Of a DNA stretch of 64,000 nt, positions 1 to 13,000 are shown in pieces. The notes under the pieces are model-generated. The model searched no databases, was not told the DNA's origin, and saw only the letters and a program-made list of their open reading frames with translations. The translations under genes and the position numbers were made by a program. Source of the stretch: the human T2T-CHM13v2.0 reference genome, Homo sapiens; NCBI RefSeq assembly GCF_009914755.1, contig NC_060925.1. One strand, 5' to 3'. Positions within the stretch are counted from its first letter, which is position 1; each line of letters begins with the position of its first letter.

Positions 1-218
1 AGACTTTACAAACAGAGTGTTTCCTAACTGCTCTATGAACAGAAAGGTTAAACTCTGTGAGTTGAACGCACACATCACAAAGGAGTTTCTGAGAATCATT
101 CTGTCTAGTCTTTATACGAAGATATTTACTTTTCTACCATTGACCTCAAAGCGGCTGAAATCTCCACTTGCAAATTCCACAAAAAGAGTGTTTCAAGTCT
201 GCTCTGTGTAAAGGATCA

Positions 219-237
219 TTCAACTCTGTGAGTTGAA
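219..237. repeat. Short perfect dyad TTCAACTC-tgt-GAGTTGAA, present in most dimers (representative)
   Basis: 8 bp inverted arms with a 3 nt spacer, read directly from the sequence. Confidence 0.9.
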
Positions 238-294
238 TAAACACAACACAAGGAAGTTACTGAGAATTCTTCTGTCTAGCAGAATATGAAGAAA

Positions 295-311
295 TCCCGT
301 TTCCAACGAAG
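295..311 (-). promoter_or_regulatory. CENP-B box (representative; one box position per dimer, 188 in the window)
   Basis: The + strand tcccgtttccaacgaag reads CTTCGTTGGAAACGGGA on the - strand, matching the canonical YTTCGTTGGAARCGGGA with core NTTCGNNNNANNCGGGN. Confidence 0.97.
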
Positions 312-1716
312 GCCTCAAGGAGGTCTGAATATCCACTTGCAGACTTTACAAACAGAGTGTTTCCTAACTGCTCTATGAAAAGAAAGGTTAAACTCTGTGA
401 GTTGAACGCACACATCACAAAGGAGTTCATGAGAATCATTTTGTCTAGGTTCTATAAGAAGATATTTCCTATTCTACCATTGACCTCAAAGCGGCTGAAA
501 TCTCCACTTGCAAATTCGACAAAAAGAGTGTTTCAAGCCTGCTCTCTGTAAAGGATCCTTCAACTCTGTGAGTTGAATACACACAACACAAGGAAGTTAC
601 TGAGAATTATTCTGTCTAGCATAATATGAAGAAATCCCGTTTCCAACGAAGGCCTCAAAGAGGTCTGAATATCCACTTGCACACTTTACAAACAGAGTGT
701 TTCCTAACTGCTCTATGAGAAGAAAAGTTAAACTCTGTGAGTTGAACGCACACATCACAAAAGATTTTCTGAGAATCATTCTGTCTAGTCTTTATATGAA
801 GATAGTTTCCTTTTCTACCATTGACCTCAAAGCGGCTGAAATCTCCACTTGCAAATTCCACAAAAAGAGTGTTTCAAGTCTGCTCTGTGTAAAGGATCGT
901 TCAACTCTGTGAGTTGAATACACACAACACAAGGAAGTTACTGAGAATTCTTCTGTCTAGCAGAATATGAAAAAATCCCGTTTCCAACGAAGGCCACAAG
1001 ATGTCAGAATATCCACTTACAGACTTTACAAACAGAGTGTTTCCTAACTGCTCTATGAACAGAAAGGTTAAACTCTGTGAGTTGAACGAACACATCACAA
1101 CGCAGTTTGTGGGAATGATTCTGTCTAGTTTTGAAACGAAGATATTTCCTTTTCTGCCGTTGACCTTAAAGCGCTTGAAATCTACACTTGCAAATTGCAC
1201 AAATAGAGTGTTTCAAATCTGCTCTGTCTAAGGGAACGTTCAACTCTGTGAGTTGAATGCACACAACATAAGGAAGTTACTGGGAATTCTTCTGTCTAGC
1301 CTTACATGAAAAAAACCCGTTTCCAACGAAGGCCTCTAAGTGGTCAAAATTTCCACGTGCAGACTTTACAAACAGAGTGTTTCCAAACCGCTGAATGAAA
1401 AGAAAAGTTAAACTCTGAGAGTTGAACGCACACATCACGCAGCAGTTTCTCAGAATGATTCTGTCTAGTTTTTATACGAAGATATTTCCTTTTCTGCCTT
1501 TGGCCCCAAAGCGCTTGAAATCTCCACTTGCAAATTCCACAAAAACAGTGTTTCAAATCTGCTCTCTCTAAATGAAAGTTCAACTCTGTCAGTTGAATAC
1601 ACACAACACAAGGAAGTTACTGAGAATTCTTCTGTCTAGCATAATATGAAGAAATCCCGTTTCCAACGAAGGCTTCAAAGGGGTCTGAATATCCACTTGC
1701 AGACTTTATAAACAGA

Positions 1717-4096
1717 GTGTTTACTAACTGCTCTATGAAAAGAAAGGTTAAACTCTGTGAGTTGAACACACACATCACAAAGGAGTTTCTGAGAATCATT
1801 CTGTCTAGTTTTTCTACGAAGATATTTCCTTTTCTACTATTGACCTCAAAGCGGCTGAAATCTCCACTTGCAAATTCCACAAAAAGAGTGTTTCAAGTCT
1901 GCTCTGTGTAAAGGATCGTTCAACTCTGTGAGTTGAATACACACAACACAAGGAAGTTTCTGAGAAATATTCTGTCTAGCAGAATATGAAGAAATCCCGT
2001 TTCCAACGAAGGTCTCAAAGAGGTCTGAATATCCACTTGCAGACTTTACAAACAGAGTGTTTCCTAACTGCTCTATGAAAAGAAAGTTTAAACTCTGTGA
2101 GTTGAACGCACACATCACAAAGGAGTTTCTGAGAATCATTCTGTCTAGTTTCTATAGGAAGATATTTCCTATTCTACCACTGACCTCAAAGCGGCTGAAA
2201 TCTCCACTTGCAAATTCCACAAAAAGAGTGTTTCAAGTCTGCTCTGTGTAAAGGATCGTTTAACTCTGTGAGTTGAATACACACAACACAAGGAAGTTAC
2301 TGAGAATTCTTCTGTCTAGCAGAATATGAAGAAATCCCGTTTCCAACGAAGGCCTCAAGGAGGTCTGAATATCCACTTGCAGACTTTACAAACAGAGTGT
2401 TTCCTAACTGCTCTATGAACAGAAAGGTTAAACTCTGTGAGTTGAACGCGCACATCACAAAGGAGTTTCTGAGAATCATTCTGTCTAGTCTTTATACGAA
2501 GATATTTACTTTTCTACCATTGACCTCAAAGCGGCTGAAATCTCCACTTGCAAATTCCACAAAAAGAGTGTTTCAAGTCTGCTCTGTGTAAAGGATCATT
2601 CAACTCTGTGAGTTGAATAAACACAACACAAGGAAGTTACTGAGAATTCTTCTGTCTAGCAGAATATGAAGAAATCCCGTTTCCAACGAAGGCCTCAAGG
2701 AGGTCTGAATATCCACTTGCAGACTTTACAAACAGAGTGTTTCCTAACTGCTCTATGAAAAGAAAGGTTAAACTCTGTGAGTTGAACACACACATCACAA
2801 AGGAGTTTATGAGAATCATTCTGTCTAGTTTCTATAAGAAGATATTTCCTATTCTACCATTGACCTCAAAGCGGCTGAAATCTCCACTTGCAAATTCGAC
2901 AAACAGAGTGTTTCAAGCCTGCTCTCTGTAAAGGATCCTTCAACTCTGTGAGTTGAATACACACAACACAAGGAAGTTACTGAGAATTATTCTGTCTAGC
3001 AGAATATGAAGAAATCCCGTTTCCAACGAAGGCCTCAAAGAGGTCTGAATATCCACTTGCAGACTTTACAAACAGAGTGTTTCCTAACTGCTCTATGAGA
3101 AGAAAAGTTAAACTCTGTGAGTTGAACGCACACATCACAAAAGATTTTCTGAGAATCATTCTGTCTAGTCTTTATATGAAGATAGTTTCCTTTTCTACCA
3201 TTGACCTCAAAGCGGCTGAAATCTCCACTTGCAAATTCCACAAAAAGAGTGTTTCAAGTCTGCTCTGTGTAAAGGATCGTTCAACTCTGTGAGTTGAATA
3301 CACACAACACAAGGAAGTTACTGAGAATTCTTCTGTCTAGCAGAATATGAAGAAATCCCGTTTCCAACGAAGGCCACAAGATGTCAGAATATCCACTTAC
3401 AGACTTTACAAACAGAGTGTTTCCTAACTGCTCTATGAACAGAAAGGTTAAACTCTGTGAGTTGAACGAACACATCACAACGCAGTTTGTGGGAATGATT
3501 CTGTCTAGTTTTGAAACGAAGATATTTCCTTATCTGCCGTTGACCTTAAAGCGCTTGAAATCTACACTTGCAAATTGCACAAATAGAGTGTTTCAAATCT
3601 GCTCTGTCTAAGGGAACGTTCAACTCTGTGAGTTGAATGCACACAACACAAGGAAGTTACTGGGAATTCTTCTGTCTAGCCTTACATGAAAAAACCCCGT
3701 TTCCAACGAAGGCCTCTAAGTGGTCAAAATATCCACGTGCAGACTTTACAAACAGAGTGTTTCCAAACCGCTGAATGAAAAGAAAAGTTGAACTCTGAGA
3801 GTTGAACGCACACATCACGCAGCAGTTTCTGAGAATGATTCTGTCTAGTTTTTATACGAAGATATTTCCTTTTCTGCCTTTGGCCCCAAAGCGCTTGAAA
3901 TCTCCACTTGCAAATTCCACAAAAACAGTGTTTCAAATCTGCTCTCTCTAAATGAAAGTTCAACTCTGTCAGTTGAATACACACAACACAAGGAAGTTAC
4001 TGAGAATTCTTCTCTCTAGCATAATATGAAGAAATCCCGTTTCCAACGAAGGCCTCAAAGGGGTCTGAATATCCACTTGCAGACTTTATAAACAGA
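1717..4096 (-). repeat. 14-mer HOR variant (2380 bp, 7 dimers)
   Basis: The diagnostic dimer 'tttataaacagagtgtttactaactg' (MFTNC ORF) recurs at 1717 and 4097. Unit phase is set arbitrarily on this anchor. Confidence 0.92.
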
Positions 4097-7000
4097 GTGT
4101 TTACTAACTGCTCTATGAAAAGAAAGGTTAAACTCTGTGAGTTGAACACACACATCACAAAGGAGTTTCTGAGAATCATTCTGTCTAGTTTTTCTACGAA
4201 GATATTTCCTTTTCTACTATTGACCTCAAAGCGGCTGAAATCTCCACTTGCAAATTCCACAAAAAGAGTGTTTCAAGTCTGCTCTGTGTAAAGGATCGTT
4301 CAACTCTGTGAGTTGAATACACACAACACAAGGAAGTTTCTGAGAAATATTCTGTCTAGCAGAATATGAAGAAATCCCGTTTCCAACGAAGGCCTCAAGG
4401 AGGTCTGAATATCCACTTGCAGACTTTACAAACAGAGTGTTTCCTAACTGCTCTATGAAAAGAAAGGTTAAACTCTGTGAGTTGAACGCACACATCACAA
4501 AGGAGTTTATGAGAATCATTCTGTCTAGTTTCTATAGGAAGATATTTCCTATTCTACCATTGACCTCAAAGCGGCTGAAATCTCCACTTGCAAATTCCAC
4601 AAAAAGAGTGTTTCAAGTCTGCTCTCTGTAAAGGATCGTTCAACTCTGTGAGTTGAATACACACAACACAAGGAAGTTTCTGAGAAATATTCTGTCTAGC
4701 AGAATATGAAGAAATCCCGTTTCCAACGAAGGTCTCAAAGAGGTCTGAATATCCACTTGCAGACTTTACAAACAGAGTGTTTCCTAACTGCTCTATGAAA
4801 AGAAAGGTTAAACTCTGTGAGTTGAACGCACACATCACAAAGGAGTTTATGAGAATCATTCTGTCTAGTTTCTATAAGAAGATACTTCCTATTCTACCAT
4901 TGACCTCAAAGCGGCTGAAATCTCCACTTGCAAATTCGACAAAAAGAGTGTTTCAAGCCTGCTCTCTGTAAAGGATCCTTCAACTCTGTGAGTTGAATAC
5001 ACACAACACAAGGAAGTTACTGAGAATTATTCTGTCTAGCATAATATGAAGAAATCCCGTTTCCAACGAAGGCCTCAAAGAGGTCTGAATATCCACTTGC
5101 AGACTTTACAAACAGAGTGTTTCCTAACTGCTCTATGAGAAGAAAAGTTAAACTCTGTGAGTTGAACGCACACATCACAAAAGATTTTCTGAGAATCATT
5201 CTGTCTAGTCTTTATATGAAGATAGTTTCCTTTTCTACCATTGACCTCAAAGCGGCTGAAATCTCCACTTGCAAATTCCACAAAAAGAGTGTTTCAAGTC
5301 TGCTCTGTGTAAAGGATCGTTCAACTCTGTGAGTTGAATACACACAACACAAGGAAGTTACTGAGAATTCTTCTGTCTAGCAGAATAGGAAGAAATCCCG
5401 TTTCCAACGAAGGCCACAAGATGTCAGAATATCCACTTACAGACTTTACAAACAGAGTGTTTCCTAACTGCTCTATGAACAGAAAGGTTAAACTCTGTGA
5501 GTTGAACGAACACATCACAACGCAGTTTGTGGGAATGATTCTGTCTAGTTTTGAAACGAAGATATTTCCTTTTCTGCCGTTGACCTTAAAGCGCTTGAAA
5601 TCTACACTTGCAAATTGCACAAATAGAGTGTTTCAAATCTGCTCTGTCTAAGGGAACGTTCAACTCTGTGAGTTGAATGCACACAACACAAGGAAGTTAC
5701 TGGGAATTCTTCTGTCTAGCCTTACATGAAAAAACCCGTTTCCAACGAAGGCCTCTAAGTGGTCAAAATATCCACGTGCAGACTTTACAAACAGAGTGTT
5801 TCCAAACCGCTGAATGAAAAGAAAAGTTGAACTCTGAGAGTTGAACGCACACATCACGCAGCAGTTTCTGAGAATGATTCTGTCTAGTTTTTATACGAAG
5901 ATATTTCCTTTTCTGCCTTTGGCCCCAAAGCGCTTGAAATCTCCACTTGCAAATTCCACAAAAACAGTGTTTCAAATCTGCTCTCTCTAAATGAAAGTTC
6001 AACTCTGTCAGTTGAATACACACAACACAAGGAAGTTACTGAGAATTCTTCTGTCTAGCATAATATGAAGAAATCCCGTTTCCAACGAAGGCCTCAAAGG
6101 GGTCTGAATATCCACTTGCAGACTTTATAAACAGAGTGTTTACTAACTGCTCTATGAAAAGAAAGGTTAAACTCTGTGAGTTGAACACACACATCACAAA
6201 GGAGTTTCTGAGAATCATTCTGTCTAGTTTTTCTACGAAGATATTTCCTTTTCTACTATTGACCTCAAAGCGGCTGAAATCTCCACTTGCAAATTCCACA
6301 AAAAGAGTGTTTCAAGTCTGCTCTGTGTAAAGGATCGTTCAACTCTGTGAGTTGAATACACACAACACAAGGAAGTTTCTGAGAAATATTCTGTCTAGCA
6401 GAATATGAAGAAATCCCGTTTCCAACGAAGGCCTCAAGGAGGTCTGAATATCCACTTGCAGACTTTACAAACAGAGTGTTTCCTAACTGCTCTATGAAAA
6501 GAAAGGTTAAACTCTGTGAGTTGAACGCACACATCACAAAGGAGTTTATGAGAATCATTCTGTCTAGTTTCTATAGGAAGATATTTCCTATTCTACCATT
6601 GACCTCAAAGCGGCTGAAATCTCCACTTGCAAATTCCACAAAAAGAGTGTTTCAAGTCTGCTCTCTGTAAAGGATCGTTCAACTCTGTGAGTTGAATACA
6701 CACAACACAAGGAAGTTTCTGAGAAATATTCTGTCTAGCAGAATATGAAGAAATCCCGTTTCCAACGAAGGTCTCAAAGAGGTCTGAATATCCACTTGCA
6801 GACTTTACAAACAGAGTGTTTCCTAACTGCTCTATGAAAAGAAAGGTTAAACTCTGTGAGTTGAACGCACACATCACAAAGGAGTTTATGAGAATCATTC
6901 TGTCTAGTTTCTATAAGAAGATACTTCCTATTCTACCATTGACCTCAAAGCGGCTGAAATCTCCACTTGCAAATTCGACAAAAAGAGTGTTTCAAGCCTG

Positions 7001-10000
7001 CTCTCTGTAAAGGATCCTTCAACTCTGTGAGTTGAATACACACAACACAAGGAAGTTACTGAGAATTATTCTGTCTAGCATAATATGAAGAAATCCCGTT
7101 TCCAACGAAGGCCTCAAAGAGGTCTGAATATCCACTTGCAGACTTTACAAACAGAGTGTTTCCTAACTGCTCTATGAGAAGAAAAGTTAAACTCTGTGAG
7201 TTGAACGCACACATCACAAAAGATTTTCTGAGAATCATTCTGTCTAGTCTTTATATGAAGATAGTTTCCTTTTCTACCATTGACCTCAAAGCGGCTGAAA
7301 TCTCCACTTGCAAATTCCACAAAAAGAGTGTTTCAAGTCTGCTCTGTGTAAAGGATCGTTCAACTCTGTGAGTTGAATACACACAACACAAGGAAGTTAC
7401 TGAGAATTCTTCTGTCTAGCAGAATAGGAAGAAATCCCGTTTCCAACGAAGGCCACAAGATGTCAGAATATCCACTTACAGACTTTACAAACAGAGTGTT
7501 TCCTAACTGCTCTATGAACAGAAAGGTTAAACTCTGTGAGTTGAACGAACACATCACAACGCAGTTTGTGGGAATGATGCTGTCTAGTTTTGAAACGAAG
7601 ATATTTCCTTTTCTGCCGTTGACCTTAAAGCGCTTGAAATCTACACTTGCAAATTGCACAAATAGAGTGTTTCAAATCTGCTCTGTCTAAGGGAACGTTC
7701 AACTCTGTGAGTTGAATGCACACAACACAAGGAAGTTACTGGGAATTCTTCTGTCTAGCCTTACATGAAAAAACCCGTTTCCAACGAAGGCCTCTAAGTG
7801 GTCAAAATATCCACGTGCAGACTTTACAAACAGAGTGTTTCCAAACCGCTGAATGAAAAGAAAAGTTGAACTCTGAGAGTTGAACGCACACATCACGCAG
7901 CAGTTTCTGAGAATGATTCTGTCTAGTTTTTATACGAAGATATTTCCTTTTCTGCCTTTGGCCCCAAAGCGCTTGAAATCTCCACTTGCAAATTCCACAA
8001 AAACAGTGTTTCAAATCTGCTCTCTCTAAATGAAAGTTCAACTCTGTCAGTTGAATACACACAACACAAGGAAGTTACTGAGAATTCTTCTGTCTAGCAT
8101 AATATGAAGAAATCCCGTTTCCAACGAAGGCCTCAAAGGGGTCTGAATATCCACTTGCAGACTTTATAAACAGAGTGTTTACTAACTGCTCTATGAAAAG
8201 AAAGGTTAAACTCTGTGAGTTGAACACACACATCACAAAGGAGTTTCTGAGAATCATTCTGTCTAGTTTTTCTACGAAGATATTTCCTTTTCTACTATTG
8301 ACCTCAAAGCGGCTGAAATCTCCACTTGCAAATTCCACAAAAAGAGTGTTTCAAGTCTGCTCTGTGTAAAGGATCGTTCAACTCTGTGAGTTGAATACAC
8401 ACAACACAAGGAAGTTTCTGAGAAATATTCTGTCTAGCAGAATATGAAGAAATCCCGTTTCCAACGAAGGCCTCAAGGAGGTCTGAATATCCACTTGCAG
8501 ACTTTACAAACAGAGTGTTTCCTAACTGCTCTATGAAAAGAAAGGTTAAACTCTGTGAGTTGAACGCACACATCACAAAGGAGTTTATGAGAATCATTCT
8601 GTCTAGTTTCTATAGGAAGATATTTCCTATTCTACCATTGACCTCAAAGCGGCTGAAATCTCCACTTGCAAATTCCACAAAAAGAGTGTTTCAAGTCTGC
8701 TCTCTGTAAAGGGTCGTTCAACTCTGTGAGTTGAATACACACAACACAAGGAAGTTTCTGAGAAATATTCTGTCTAGCAGAATATGAAGAAATCCCGTTT
8801 CCAACGAAGGTCTCAAAGAGGTCTGAATATCCACTTGCAGACTTTACAAACAGAGTGTTTCCTAACTGCTCTATGAAAAGAAAGGTTAAACTCTGTGAGT
8901 TGAACGCACACATCACAAAGGAGTTTATGAGAATCATTCTGTCTAGTTTCTATAAGAAGATACTTCCTATTCTACCATTGACCTCAAAGCGGCTGAAATC
9001 TCCACTTGCAAATTCGACAAAAAGAGTGTTTCAAGCCTGCTCTCTGTAAAGGATCCTTCAACTCTGTGAGTTGAATACACACAACACAAGGAAGTTACTG
9101 AGAATTATTCTGTCTAGCATAATATGAAGAAATCCCGTTTCCAACGAAGGCCTCAAAGAGGTCTGAATATCCACTTGCAGACTTTACAAACAGAGTGTTT
9201 CCTAACTGCTCTATGAGAAGAAAAGTTAAACTCTGTGAGTTGAACGCACACATCACAAAAGATTTTCTGAGAATCATTCTGTCTAGTCTTTATATGAAGA
9301 TAGTTTCCTTTTCTACCATTGACCTCAAAGCGGCTGAAATCTCCACTTGCAAATTCCACAAAAAGAGTGTTTCAAGTCTGCTCTGTGTAAAGGATCGTTC
9401 AACTCTGTGAGTTGAATACACACAACACAAGGAAGTTACTGAGAATTCTTCTGTCTAGCAGAATAGGAAGAAATCCCGTTTCCAACGAAGGCCACAAGAT
9501 GTCAGAATATCCACTTACAGACTTTACAAACAGAGTGTTTCCTAACTGCTCTATGAACAGAAAGGTTAAACTCTGTGAGTTGAACGAACACATCACAACG
9601 CAGTTTGTGGGAATGATGCTGTCTAGTTTTGAAACGAAGATATTTCCTTTTCTGCCGTTGACCTTAAAGCGCTTGAAATCTACACTTGCAAATTGCACAA
9701 ATAGAGTGTTTCAAATCTGCTCTGTCTAAGGGAACGTTCAACTCTGTGAGTTGAATGCACACAACACAAGGAAGTTACTGGGAATTCTTCTGTCTAGCCT
9801 TACATGAAAAAACCCGTTTCCAACGAAGGCCTCTAAGTGGTCAAAATATCCACGTGCAGACTTTACAAACAGAGTGTTTCCAAACCGCTGAATGAAAAGA
9901 AAAGTTGAACTCTGAGAGTTGAACGCACACATCACGCAGCAGTTTCTGAGAATGATTCTGTCTAGTTTTTATACGAAGATATTTCCTTTTCTGCCTTTGG

Positions 10001-13000
10001 CCCCAAAGCGCTTGAAATCTCCACTTGCAAATTCCACAAAAACAGTGTTTCAAATCTGCTCTCTCTAAATGAAAGTTCAACTCTGTCAGTTGAATACACA
10101 CAACACAAGGAAGTTACTGAGAATTCTTCTGTCTAGCATAATATGAAGAAATCCCGTTTCCAACGAAGGCCTCAAAGGGGTCTGAATATCCACTTGCAGA
10201 CTTTATAAACAGAGTGTTTACTAACTGCTCTATGAAAAGAAAGGTTAAACTCTGTGAGTTGAACACACACATCACAAAGGAGTTTCTGAGAATCATTCTG
10301 TCTAGTTTTTCTACGAAGATATTTCCTTTTCTACTATTGACCTCAAAGCGGCTGAAATCTCCACTTGCAAATTCCACAAAAAGAGTGTTTCAAGTCTGCT
10401 CTGTGTAAAGGATCGTTCAACTCTGTGAGTTGAATACACACAACACAAGGAAGTTTCTGAGAAATATTCTGTCTAGCAGAATATGAAGAAATCCCGTTTC
10501 CAACGAAGGCCTCAAGGAGGTCTGAATATCCACTTGCAGACTTTACAAACAGAGTGTTTCCTAACTGCTCTATGAAAAGAAAGGTTAAACTCTGTGAGTT
10601 GAACGCACACATCACAAAGGAGTTTATGAGAATCATTCTGTCTAGTTTCTATAGGAAGATATTTCCTATTCTACCATTGACCTCAAAGCGGCTGAAATCT
10701 CCACTTGCAAATTCCACAAAAAGAGTGTTTCAAGTCTGCTCTCTGTAAAGGGTCGTTCAACTCTGTGAGTTGAATACACACAACACAAGGAAGTTTCTGA
10801 GAAATATTCTGTCTAGCAGAATATGAAGAAATCCCGTTTCCAACGAAGGTCTCAAAGAGGTCTGAATATCCACTTGCAGACTTTACAAACAGAGTGTTTC
10901 CTAACTGCTCTATGAAAAGAAAGGTTAAACTCTGTGAGTTGAACGCACACATCACAAAGGAGTTTATGAGAATCATTCTGTCTAGTTTCTATAAGAAGAT
11001 ACTTCCTATTCTACCATTGACCTCAAAGCGGCTGAAATCTCCACTTGCAAATTCGACAAAAAGAGTGTTTCAAGCCTGCTCTCTGTAAAGGATCCTTCAA
11101 CTCTGTGAGTTGAATACACACAACACAAGGAAGTTACTGAGAATTATTCTGTCTAGCATAATATGAAGAAATCCCGTTTCCAACGAAGGCCTCAAAGAGG
11201 TCTGAATATCCACTTGCAGACTTTACAAACAGAGTGTTTCCTAACTGCTCTATGAGAAGAAAAGTTAAACTCTGTGAGTTGAACGCACACATCACAAAAG
11301 ATTTTCTGAGAATCATTCTGTCTAGTCTTTATATGAAGATAGTTTCCTTTTCTACCATTGACCTCAAAGCGGCTGAAATCTCCACTTGCAAATTCCACAA
11401 AAAGAGTGTTTCAAGTCTGCTCTGTGTAAAGGATCGTTCAACTCTGTGAGTTGAATACACACAACACAAGGAAGTTACTGAGAATTCTTCTGTCTAGCAG
11501 AATAGGAAGAAATCCCGTTTCCAACGAAGGCCACAAGATGTCAGAATATCCACTTACAGACTTTACAAACAGAGTGTTTCCTAACTGCTCTATGAACAGA
11601 AAGGTTAAACTCTGTGAGTTGAACGAACACATCACAACGCAGTTTGTGGGAATGATTCTGTCTAGTTTTGAAACGAAGATATTTCCTTTTCTGCCGTTGA
11701 CCTTAAAGCGCTTGAAATCTACACTTGCAAATTGCACAAATAGAGTGTTTCAAATCTGCTCTGTCTAAGGGAACGTTCAACTCTGTGAGTTGAATGCACA
11801 CAACACAAGGAAGTTACTGGGAATTCTTCTGTCTAGCCTTACATGAAAAAACCCGTTTCCAACGAAGGCCTCTAAGTGGTCAAAATATCCACGTGCAGAC
11901 TTTACAAACAGAGTGTTTCCAAACCGCTGAATGAAAAGAAAAGTTGAACTCTGAGAGTTGAACGCACACATCACGCAGCAGTTTCTGAGAATGATTCTGT
12001 CTAGTTTTTATACGAAGATATTTCCTTTTCTGCCTTTGGCCCCAAAGCGCTTGAAATCTCCACTTGCAAATTCCACAAAAACAGTGTTTCAAATCTGCTC
12101 TCTCTAAATGAAAGTTCAACTCTGTCAGTTGAATACACACAACACAAGGAAGTTACTGAGAATTCTTCTGTCTAGCATAATATGAAGAAATCCCGTTTCC
12201 AACGAAGGCCTCAAAGGGGTCTGAATATCCACTTGCAGACTTTATAAACAGAGTGTTTACTAACTGCTCTATGAAAAGAAAGGTTAAACTCTGTGAGTTG
12301 AACACACACATCACAAAGGAGTTTCTGAGAATCATTCTGTCTAGTTTTTCTACGAAGATATTTCCTTTTCTACTATTGACCTCAAAGCGGCTGAAATCTC
12401 CACTTGCAAATTCCACAAAAAGAGTGTTTCAAGTCTGCTCTGTGTAAAGGATCGTTCAACTCTGTGAGTTGAATACACACAACACAAGGAAGTTTCTGAG
12501 AAATATTCTGTCTAGCAGAATATGAAGAAATCCCGTTTCCAACGAAGGCCTCAAGGAGGTCTGAATATCCACTTGCAGACTTTACAAACAGAGTGTTTCC
12601 TAACTGCTCTATGAAAAGAAAGGTTAAACTCTGTGAGTTGAACGCACACATCACAAAGGAGTTTATGAGAATCATTCTGTCTAGTTTCTATAGGAAGATA
12701 TTTCCTATTCTACCATTGACCTCAAAGCGGCTGAAATCTCCACTTGCAAATTCCACAAAAAGAGTGTTTCAAGTCTGCTCTCTGTAAAGGATCGTTCAAC
12801 TCTGTGAGTTGAATACACACAACACAAGGAAGTTTCTGAGAAATATTCTGTCTAGCAGAATATGAAGAAATCCCGTTTCCAACGAAGGTCTCAAAGAGGT
12901 CTGAATATCCACTTGCAGACTTTACAAACAGAGTGTTTCCTAACTGCTCTATGAAAAGAAAGGTTAAACTCTGTGAGTTGAACGCACACATCACAAAGGA

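Noticed and set aside
5715-5750. Apparent broken CENP-B box in the 'ccttacatgaaaaaacccg' dimer
   Set aside because: Only the terminal non-core base differs (CGGGT instead of CGGGA); the nine core positions are intact.
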